From: a virus | Lineage: Duplodnaviria > Caudoviricetes | Direction: 5' to 3' (one strand) | Virus record (IMG/VR): IMGVR_UViG_3300008267_001278 | Coordinates: 1-24,668 of that record | DNA length: 24,668 nucleotides | Shown: positions 17,632-24,668 of the stretch, one piece after another | Numbering within the stretch: the first letter of the stretch is position 1 | Layout of the letters: every line of letters begins with the position of its first letter | The notes under the pieces: generated by a model | Databases searched by the model: none | The model's input: only the letters and a program-made list of their open reading frames with translations | What the model was told of the DNA's origin: nothing | Translations under genes and position numbers: made by a program

Positions 17632-18918
17632 ATGTTTTATATTATTGAGAAATCATCTCAACTATCACAATTATCATTCGAGGATTGTTTCGTTAGGTTT
17701 ATTCCTAATAGTAACAGTTTTCATCCTGCACTTACGGAGTTAAGTCTAATTTATGTCAGACCAATTCGTAGTAAGAAGGGATACATACTGTGTCTAAATC
17801 ATAACGAATCATTATCACTAACCAAAGATAAAGTATTTGATTGGTTAGATGATCTAGGTAAAATATGGGTATTAGATAAAAAACAAGCATTGCATTGGTA
17901 CCCAAATTCAGATAAATTATTTGATGTTAATTTTATAGAACATGTTGACATAAAGGCGTTAGATAATGCCTGTATAAGCTACTACTACAGCTTACATGGT
18001 GCGTTGTCTAACGTCAACTGTTTAATTCCTATTAGCAAACATTATGAAATGTGTGAGGCTATATATGAATTAGCATGGCCTATTATTAGACAATATTCAT
18101 TAAGCGACACAACGTTTCAATTTAATAATTTTCGTACGTCAAATGTGTTTTATAATATTGAAAAAAACGGCATTAAGGTCGATAAAAACTGCTTTATTGA
18201 TTATTATCGAGGTAAGTTGCACCACCCAGAATTCAATTTAAATCGCAGTAAAATATACACTCAATATAATTTATATACTACAACATCACGCCCATCTAAT
18301 ACATTTAATAGCGTAAATTTCGCAGCATTGCACAAAGATGATGGCGAACGTATGTGTTATCGCCCCGAAAACGATAAATTCATTGAAATCGATTTTCAGG
18401 GTTACCACCCACGATTAATTGGTGAAATGATTGGATTTGATTTTCCAAAAGATAAAAATACATATGAATATTTAAGTTATATATTAGGTGTATCACAACA
18501 AGAGGCAAAAGAATTAACATTCAAGCAATTATATGGTGGTGTTTGGTCTGAATATCAGTCAAAACCATTTTTTGAGAAGGTACTTGCATACACAGATGAT
18601 ATGTGGGACACGTACCAATATGGAAAATCGTTCAAGACGCAGAATAAAATATTTATACCCGACGAAAGCATAACAAAAACAAAATTATTTAATTATGTTG
18701 TGCAGAGTAATGAAACATCAACCAATGTTGAATTATTAGGGCTGGTATTTAATTTATTAGAAGGTAAAAAAACGAAATTAGTATTGTATACTTATGATGC
18801 GTTTTTATTCGATTATAGTGAAGAAGATAAAGGTTTAATTCAACAGATAGTTGATGTATTAGAATATCCTGTAACCATTAAACAAGGCCAATCGTATCAC
18901 GGTTTGGAGAAATTATAA
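17632..18918 (+). CDS. Miniature family A DNA polymerase-like protein
   Basis: IEKNGIKVD; TTTSRPS (TGRLSS equivalent); motif A EIDFQGYHPR; motif B AKELTFKQLYG; FNYVVQS; motif C YTYDAFLFD. Only 428 aa. Confidence 0.85.
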   Translation: MFYIIEKSSQLSQLSFEDCFVRFIPNSNSFHPALTELSLIYVRPIRSKKGYILCLNHNESLSLTKDKVFDWLDDLGKIWVLDKKQALHWYPNSDKLFDVNFIEHVDIKALDNACISYYYSLHGALSNVNCLIPISKHYEMCEAIYELAWPIIRQYSLSDTTFQFNNFRTSNVFYNIEKNGIKVDKNCFIDYYRGKLHHPEFNLNRSKIYTQYNLYTTTSRPSNTFNSVNFAALHKDDGERMCYRPENDKFIEIDFQGYHPRLIGEMIGFDFPKDKNTYEYLSYILGVSQQEAKELTFKQLYGGVWSEYQSKPFFEKVLAYTDDMWDTYQYGKSFKTQNKIFIPDESITKTKLFNYVVQSNETSTNVELLGLVFNLLEGKKTKLVLYTYDAFLFDYSEEDKGLIQQIVDVLEYPVTIKQGQSYHGLEKL

Positions 18919-18926
18919 ATATTTAT
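18900..18926 (+). promoter_or_regulatory. Putative promoter CGGTT-N15-TATTTAT
   Basis: CGGTT at 18900-18904, TATTTAT at 18920-18926, inside palindrome ATAAATATTTAT (18915-18926). Confidence 0.5.
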
Positions 18927-18927
18927 T

Positions 18928-19344
18928 ATGGAACAACTAAACGAATTAGACTTGAACAAATTATTCTGTACATTTACAACTCCACTGGATTTGGAAAATA
19001 CAGTTAACACAATCAATCGCCGTTACGCTATATTATTCAATAAGATATTTATTCTTGAATCTCCACAAAGCGAAGAATTGATGTGTACTTACAATATTGA
19101 CTCGGGCAATGTACAAGATGCACCGATGGCCAATACTATCTTATTACATAGAAAGAAAGAATCAAATACATTATATACCATTAATGCTTTAAATACTTTA
19201 ATTAAGGATTTGAATGGTGGTATATTAGATAAGAGTTTCGTTGTTAACTGGAACGATTACAAAAATTGCATTTTACTAACAGACGGACCTAGCCTACGCA
19301 GGTTGGATACGGCTATTCATAAAATAATAGATTTTAACAAGTAA
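18928..19344 (+). CDS. Hypothetical protein between polymerase and SSB (start may be TTG 18952)
   Basis: 138-aa ORF; LFCTF, CTYN, LHRKKESNTLYTINALN. Confidence 0.8.
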   Translation: MEQLNELDLNKLFCTFTTPLDLENTVNTINRRYAILFNKIFILESPQSEELMCTYNIDSGNVQDAPMANTILLHRKKESNTLYTINALNTLIKDLNGGILDKSFVVNWNDYKNCILLTDGPSLRRLDTAIHKIIDFNK

Positions 19345-19365
19345 AAAACACTTGTTGAAATAAGT

Positions 19366-19396
19366 TTTGAGGTCATAAAGAAGAATCATAGATTCA
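19366..19396 (+). promoter_or_regulatory. Bacteroidota -33/-7-like promoter
   Basis: TTTG(19366-19369)-N19-TAGATTCA(19389-19396) in the 98-nt gap before SSB; 2 mismatches to TAnnTTTG. Confidence 0.4.
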
Positions 19397-19442
19397 TAAT
19401 ATATTCCGTTCATAGAACGACTTACAATTAAAACAAATAAAC

Positions 19443-20270
19443 ATGGACTTATCGTTCGTCAAGCAAAAGCTTGAAGCAAACGCCAACAGAGGCGCAGGTC
19501 GTGAAAAAATCGACTACACAAAGATCTTCTGGAAACCTAAAGCAGGTAAATACCAGATTAGAATCGTCCCAAACAAATTTAGAAAAGAGTGGCCATTAAG
19601 AGAAATCCAAATGCATTATGGATTTTCTAAGGGACCAATTTTGGCTTTATCTAATTGGGGTGAAGAGGATCCAATTACAGGTTTCGCTAAGGGATTAAGA
19701 AAATCAGCTGACAAAGATGATTGGACTTTAGCCAACAAAATTTCTCCTAAAACACGTTATTTTGCTCCAGTAATCGTTCGCGATGAATTGAGTGCAGGTG
19801 TTCGTTTATGGGAAGTAGGTAAATTAGTAAATGACCAATTAATGGGTATCGCTAGCGATGAAGATTATGGTGATTTTACTGACATTACTGATGGACGTGA
19901 CTTTACAGTTGAAGCTGTAGAAGACGTTATTGCTGGTAGAAAAGGTATCAAGTGTACTTTACGTATCAAACCAAAAACATCTCCAATTTCTGATGACCCT
20001 GCTGTAGTAGAGAAAGCATTAGAAGAACAACCAGATATCTTAGCAATCAACCGTAAGTATACTTACGATCAATTGAAAGATGTATTACAAAAGTGGTTGA
20101 GTCCTGAAGATGAAGCATCAACTTCAGAAGCAACTCCAACTGTAGCATCAACAGATGATGAGGAAGATGATTTTATTAAAGAAATCAATGCTCCAATTCA
20201 ACCTTACAGTTTAGATGTAAAACCAAAAGAAACGGCATCTGACAAATTTGATTCACTATTTAACGACTAA
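19443..20270 (+). CDS. Single-stranded DNA-binding protein (T4 gp32-like)
   Basis: FWKPKAG..IRIVP, RYFAPVIVR, VRLWEVGK, DFTDITDGRDF; acidic tail ending FDSLFND; adjacent to the recombinase. Confidence 0.85.
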   Translation: MDLSFVKQKLEANANRGAGREKIDYTKIFWKPKAGKYQIRIVPNKFRKEWPLREIQMHYGFSKGPILALSNWGEEDPITGFAKGLRKSADKDDWTLANKISPKTRYFAPVIVRDELSAGVRLWEVGKLVNDQLMGIASDEDYGDFTDITDGRDFTVEAVEDVIAGRKGIKCTLRIKPKTSPISDDPAVVEKALEEQPDILAINRKYTYDQLKDVLQKWLSPEDEASTSEATPTVASTDDEEDDFIKEINAPIQPYSLDVKPKETASDKFDSLFND

Positions 20271-20272
20271 TA

Positions 20273-21373
20273 ATGGCTAAAAGTAAAGACAGTTTAACGT
20301 CGGTTGTATCCGAATCGTTAAAGAAATCCTTTGATATTAATGCATATAAGAAATCTAAATTCTTAGATGAAACTACAAAGTTTAAAGAGCAAAAGTGGAT
20401 TCCATTTTCGCCTGCAATTCAATCTGCATTATCTATTCCTGGGATCCCTATGGGGCATGTCGCTATAGCTAGAGGAGGTTCTGATACTGGTAAAACTACT
20501 CTAATGATTGAGACTGCAGTAGCGGCTCAAAAGATGGGTATTTTACCAGTATTCATTATTACTGAGATGAAATGGGATTTCGCCCATGCTCAAACAATGG
20601 GACTAGAATTAGATGCTGTTCCTGATGAAGAAACTGGTGAAGTAATTAACTACAAAGGTTTCTTCTTATATGTAGATAGGTCATCGCTTAATACAATTGA
20701 AGATGTATCTGCTTTTATAGCTGATACTCTAAATGATCAGGCAAAAGGTAAATTACCTTATGATCTATTATTCCTATGGGATTCAGTAGGTTCTATTCCA
20801 TGTGAAATGAGTGTTAAACAAGGTAATAACAACCCAATGTGGAATGCAGGTGCTATGGCTACACAGTTTGGTAATTTTATCAATCAGCAATTTCCACTTT
20901 CACGTAAAGAAAAATATCCTTATACAAATACCTTCTTTGTTATCAACAAAACAGGTGTACAACCAGCTTTAACACCAATGTCTCAACCAAAGATGACAAA
21001 TAAAGGTGGTAATGCAATGTATTGGGATGCTTCAATCGTAATCACATTTGGTAATGTTACTAATAGTGGTACTTCAAAGATTAAAGCAGTTAAAAACGGA
21101 AAGAATGTTGAATTTGCTAAACGTACTAAGATAGCAATTGATAAAATTCATGCTGACTGTGGTGTAGCAACCTCATCTACTGTAATTGCAACTCCTCACG
21201 GGTTTATTCCTGATGAAGATACTGCAATTAAAGCATATAAAAAGCAATATGCAAACCAGTGGTTTGAAGGAGTAACAAATGTTGATGAATTACAAATCAT
21301 AGAAGACAATAGTGAATGGGATGAAAGTAGTAAAATTTCACCTACAATTGAAATAGATAATAATGCAGAATAA
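20273..21373 (+). CDS. uvsX: RecA/UvsX-like recombinase
   Basis: GIPMG, Walker A GGSDTGKT, FIITE, Walker B LFLWDSVGS, KGGNAM. Confidence 0.9.
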   Translation: MAKSKDSLTSVVSESLKKSFDINAYKKSKFLDETTKFKEQKWIPFSPAIQSALSIPGIPMGHVAIARGGSDTGKTTLMIETAVAAQKMGILPVFIITEMKWDFAHAQTMGLELDAVPDEETGEVINYKGFFLYVDRSSLNTIEDVSAFIADTLNDQAKGKLPYDLLFLWDSVGSIPCEMSVKQGNNNPMWNAGAMATQFGNFINQQFPLSRKEKYPYTNTFFVINKTGVQPALTPMSQPKMTNKGGNAMYWDASIVITFGNVTNSGTSKIKAVKNGKNVEFAKRTKIAIDKIHADCGVATSSTVIATPHGFIPDEDTAIKAYKKQYANQWFEGVTNVDELQIIEDNSEWDESSKISPTIEIDNNAE

Positions 21374-22388
21374 ATACTTTGAACTTCTTTCAAGTATTCA
21401 ACCTGACACTCGTACATCACTAGATTCGATTTTAATAATAGACGGCTTAAATACTTTTTTAAGAGCGTTTACTATGATAAACCACATAAATCCAAATGGC
21501 CACCACATTGGTGGCCTAACTGGATTTTTAAAGTCAGTAGGTTATGCAATTAAAATGCTTAACCCAACTAAAGTAGTAATTGTATTTGATGGAGTTGGTG
21601 GTTCGAATGCTAGAAGGAACTTATACCCAGAATATAAGGCAAATCGTCATGTTAATCGTATGACGAACTACTCAATTTTCTCTTCAAAAGAAGAAGAAAC
21701 AGAGAGTATAAACAATCAGATGGCAAGATTAATTCAGTATCTTAAATGCCTACCGATTACTGTTATTAGTATTGATGGTTTAGAAGCAGATGATATTATT
21801 GGTTATTTAACTAATAAGTTTCAAGTTTATGATGAAACTAGAAGTGTAACTATTATGTCTGCTGATAAAGACTTCTTACAACTAATATCACCTAAAGTAC
21901 AAGTATATTCTCCTGTTAAAAAGAAAATATACAAACCAAAGGATGTATTGGAGGAATTTGGAGTTAGCAGCTACAACTTTCTAAACTACAAAATACTGTT
22001 AGGTGATAATTCTGATAATGTACCTGGAATTACAGGTTTAGGACCTAAAAAGTTAACTAAATTATTTCCAGAACTGGCATCAGATAACCCAGTAACATTA
22101 GATGAAATTATTGAGAGATCTGCTGATAAAATAGAAGAGAATAAATTATATTTCTCTGTAGTAGAAAGAAGACACCAATTAGCAATTAATCATCAGTTGA
22201 TGTCTTTGAATGGAAGTTTCTTATCACCAGAAAACAAACAGTTGGTAAAAGACGCTTTTAATAATTCGTATGAATTAAATAAGTATATCTTTCATCAAAT
22301 ATATGTAAATGATAAGTTGGGAGAATCAATTCCGAATGTAGATAGTTGGTTACAAGAAACATTTGGTTATCTAAATTCTCTAAATTAA
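21363..22388 (+). CDS. 5'-3' exonuclease / flap endonuclease (T4 RNase H or Pol I N-terminal family)
   Basis: IIDGLN, VFDG, YKANR, EADD, SADKDFLQL, GDNSDNVPGITGLGPK (H3TH). Confidence 0.95.
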   Translation: MQNKYFELLSSIQPDTRTSLDSILIIDGLNTFLRAFTMINHINPNGHHIGGLTGFLKSVGYAIKMLNPTKVVIVFDGVGGSNARRNLYPEYKANRHVNRMTNYSIFSSKEEETESINNQMARLIQYLKCLPITVISIDGLEADDIIGYLTNKFQVYDETRSVTIMSADKDFLQLISPKVQVYSPVKKKIYKPKDVLEEFGVSSYNFLNYKILLGDNSDNVPGITGLGPKKLTKLFPELASDNPVTLDEIIERSADKIEENKLYFSVVERRHQLAINHQLMSLNGSFLSPENKQLVKDAFNNSYELNKYIFHQIYVNDKLGESIPNVDSWLQETFGYLNSLN

Positions 22389-22404
22389 ATTTATAAAATA
22401 AGTT

Positions 22405-23787
22405 ATGACAACATTAAGCAAATTAAATCAATATGGCCCGGGTTTCCAAACCAAAGTAATTGGAGCATTATTAACACAGAAAAACTTCTTAGTTAATGTA
22501 TCTGATTCACTTGAAAAGGAATACTTTGAGAACCAGGCTAATCAATGGATTATAAAAGAGGTACAACAATATTTCTCCAAGTACCATACAGTTCCTACAA
22601 TGGAGGTGTTATCAACTGAAGTAAAAAAGATTGATAACGACGTTTTAAAAATCGCTATTACTGAAGGATTAAGAGAAGCCTATAAAGAATCACAATCAAA
22701 TGATTTGGAATGGGTAGAAAGCGAATTTACTAATTTCTGTAAAAACCAACAAGTAAAGAAAGCAATTATGACATCAGTCGATTTGCTTGGTATGGGTGAT
22801 TATGATAGTATTAAAACACTAATGAATAATGCCTTGAAAGCTGGTGAGGACAAAAATATTGGTCATGAATATGATAAAGATATTGAGTCAAGATATAGAA
22901 TGGATGATAGAAACGCAGTACCATTTCCTTGGAAAGTGTTTAATGATTTGACTCAAGGTGGTATGGGTAAAGGTGATTTAGTATTAGTATTTGGTAATCC
23001 TGGGGGTGGTAAATCATGGGCCGTAATTGATATGGGTGCTTATGCTGCTGCATTAGGTTATAATGTAGTACACTATTCACTTGAATTAGCTGAAGGTTAT
23101 GTAGGTAAAAGATATGATGCTGTGTTTACAGGATTACCTGTTGATACATTAGATAAACACAGAGCCAAAGTTGAAGAAACAATTGGCAAAGTAAAAGGTA
23201 AAGTTGTAATCAAAGAATACCCACCTAAGCGAGCATCATTTGATACTATCCAGGCTCACTTACAACAACTAGAATATCAACATGATTTTAAACCAGATTT
23301 AATTATCATTGACTACCTTGATTATGTTAAGAGTTCAACTCGCTCTAGAAACGGAGAACGTAAAGAGGAAATTGATGATGTTTATGTTGGAGCTAAAGCA
23401 TTAGCTAAGGAATTAGGAATACCAGTTATATCACCTTCACAAGCAAATAGAGGTGCTGCTAAGAGTAATATCATTGAAGGTGATAATGCAGCAGGTTCAT
23501 ATGAGAAAATTATGATTGGAGATATTATTTTATCCTTAGCTCGTGGAAGGAAAGATAAAGTAAACGGAACAGGACGTTGGCACGTTATGAAAAATAGATA
23601 TGGTGCTGACGGATTAACATTTGGTTCCAAAATAGATACGTCAAACGGAAAAATAGATATATACGAAACGCCATTAGAAGATGATGATGACGATGACTCT
23701 AAACCTGTAAATCAATACAGTAATGTCAATAATGATGATAGAGACTATCTTCAACAGAAGTTTTTTGAACTTAGTAAAGGCCAATAG
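22405..23787 (+). CDS. Replicative helicase (T4 gp41/DnaB family)
   Basis: Walker A GNPGGGKS, YSLEL, IKEYP, Walker B LIIIDYLD, SQANR, KNRYG. Confidence 0.95.
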   Translation: MTTLSKLNQYGPGFQTKVIGALLTQKNFLVNVSDSLEKEYFENQANQWIIKEVQQYFSKYHTVPTMEVLSTEVKKIDNDVLKIAITEGLREAYKESQSNDLEWVESEFTNFCKNQQVKKAIMTSVDLLGMGDYDSIKTLMNNALKAGEDKNIGHEYDKDIESRYRMDDRNAVPFPWKVFNDLTQGGMGKGDLVLVFGNPGGGKSWAVIDMGAYAAALGYNVVHYSLELAEGYVGKRYDAVFTGLPVDTLDKHRAKVEETIGKVKGKVVIKEYPPKRASFDTIQAHLQQLEYQHDFKPDLIIIDYLDYVKSSTRSRNGERKEEIDDVYVGAKALAKELGIPVISPSQANRGAAKSNIIEGDNAAGSYEKIMIGDIILSLARGRKDKVNGTGRWHVMKNRYGADGLTFGSKIDTSNGKIDIYETPLEDDDDDDSKPVNQYSNVNNDDRDYLQQKFFELSKGQ

Positions 23788-23796
23788 TATATACTA

Positions 23797-23804
23797 TATT
23801 TATA
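23797..23804 (+). promoter_or_regulatory. TATTTATA leader motif
   Basis: Intergenic, 20 nt before thioredoxin ATG 23823. Confidence 0.55.
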
Positions 23805-23822
23805 ACTACAAACACAAAATCT

Positions 23823-24070
23823 ATGGTAAAGGTAAAAAGGTTCACGGCTGCATGGTGCGGCCCGTGTAAGCAGCTTGCTCCTCTTTTTGGGCAACTGCAA
23901 GAGTTTCATTTGAAACAATTGATGTAGACAATAACAAAGAAGAAACAATGAAATATATGGTTACATCTGTTCCTACGGTTGTAATTGAAAATGGAGGACA
24001 AGTGGTTCAACGATTTGTTGGAGTAAACCCAAAATCAACATATACTCAAGTAATTAAATCACTTATTTAA
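23823..24070 (+). pseudogene. trxA: Thioredoxin, frameshifted near 23903 (missed by the ORF track)
   Basis: MVKVKRFTAAWCGPCKQLAPLFGQLQE hits TAG at 23925-23927. The -1 frame from 23903 gives VSFETIDVD...VTSVPTVVIENGGQVVQRFVG...SLI, ending TAA 24068-24070. Confidence 0.9.
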
Positions 24071-24080
24071 AAATTAAAAA

Positions 24081-24668
24081 ATGGATGTAACGCAAAGTAT
24101 TCTTAGCGAGATCACTACGTACATGAAATACGCTAAGTATGTACCTGAATTGAAAAGAAGAGAAACATGGGAGGAATTAGTAACGAGAAACAAGGAAATG
24201 CATCAAACTAAATTCCCACAACTAAAAAATGAAATCGAAGAAGCTTATAAACTGGTTTACGATAAAAAGGTATTACCATCAATGCGTTCGTTACAGTTCG
24301 CAGGTAAACCCATTGAGCTTAATAATGCTCGTATATTTAATTGCTCTTTTCTTCCTCTTGATGATTGGAGATCATTCAGCGAAATAATGTTCTTATTATT
24401 GAGTGGATGTGGAGTAGGATACTCAGTACAATTACATCATATTGAGCAATTACCTGAAATTAAAGTACCAACCAAACAAAAAAGATACCTAATAGGCGAC
24501 AGTATTGAAGGATGGGCAGACGCTGTGAGAATGCTTTGTAAAGCGTATTTTACAGGTGCTCCTTTGCCTTTATTCGACTTTAGAGACATCAGAGCAAAAG
24601 GCGCTCAGTTAATCACTGTAGGTGGTAAAGCACCTGGTCCTGAACCATTAAAAGAATGTTTATTCAAC
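24081..24668 (+). CDS. nrdJ: Class II (adenosylcobalamin) ribonucleotide reductase, monomeric RTPR-like, 3' partial
   Basis: Manual translation: YMKYAKY..RRETWEE..VLPSMRSLQFAG..IFNCSF..MFLLLSGCGVGYSV..IGDSIEGWADA..FDFRDIRAKGAQLITVGGKAPGPEPL; open to the window end. Confidence 0.88.
   Translation, partial: MDVTQSILSEITTYMKYAKYVPELKRRETWEELVTRNKEMHQTKFPQLKNEIEEAYKLVYDKKVLPSMRSLQFAGKPIELNNARIFNCSFLPLDDWRSFSEIMFLLLSGCGVGYSVQLHHIEQLPEIKVPTKQKRYLIGDSIEGWADAVRMLCKAYFTGAPLPLFDFRDIRAKGAQLITVGGKAPGPEPLKECLFN

Noticed and set aside
7766-23927. TAG stop-codon reassignment as the explanation for broken genes
   Set aside because: Long genes are intact under the standard code, and the breaks are frame changes that TAG read-through does not repair.
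2369-23948. All minus-strand ORFs in the track (e.g. 3349-4029, 7159-7575, 10180-10551, 15272-15751, 23382-23630, 23751-23948)
   Set aside because: They lie antisense to well-supported + strand genes, show mirror-codon composition and carry no motifs.
1-24668. tRNA, rRNA, integrase, transposase, intein or homing endonuclease
   Set aside because: Intergenic gaps are under ~100 nt with no cloverleaf seen, and no corresponding protein motifs were recognised.

Overview
AT-rich fragment of a large contractile-tailed (myovirus-type, T4-like architecture) phage genome, with every supported gene on the + strand. Order: collagen tail fibre with an S74-type chaperone (5' partial), two Cys-tailed fibre/adhesin-like proteins, five small ORFs, tail sheath, tail tube, a gp26/gp51-like chaperone pair, tape measure, baseplate/tube-initiator, LysM-type and large hub proteins. 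A replication block follows: miniature family A polymerase, a hypothetical, gp32-like SSB, UvsX/RecA, 5'-3' exonuclease, gp41/DnaB helicase, thioredoxin and a class II ribonucleotide reductase (3' partial). Leader composition and promoter-like elements suggest a Bacteroidota host (inference). Most interesting: (i) an apparently thumbless PolA with both catalytic Asp kept but His at the steric-gate position; (ii) a probable +1/-2 programmed frameshift at TTT TTT TGG making a G/GT-type tail chaperone; (iii) a recurrent TATTTAT(A) leader motif, the reverse complement of the T4 late promoter, three times preceded by CGGTT. Three genes (tail tube, 11089-13343, thioredoxin) look broken by deletions, which may be assembly artefacts. 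All family calls come from motif recognition by eye; no searches were run.
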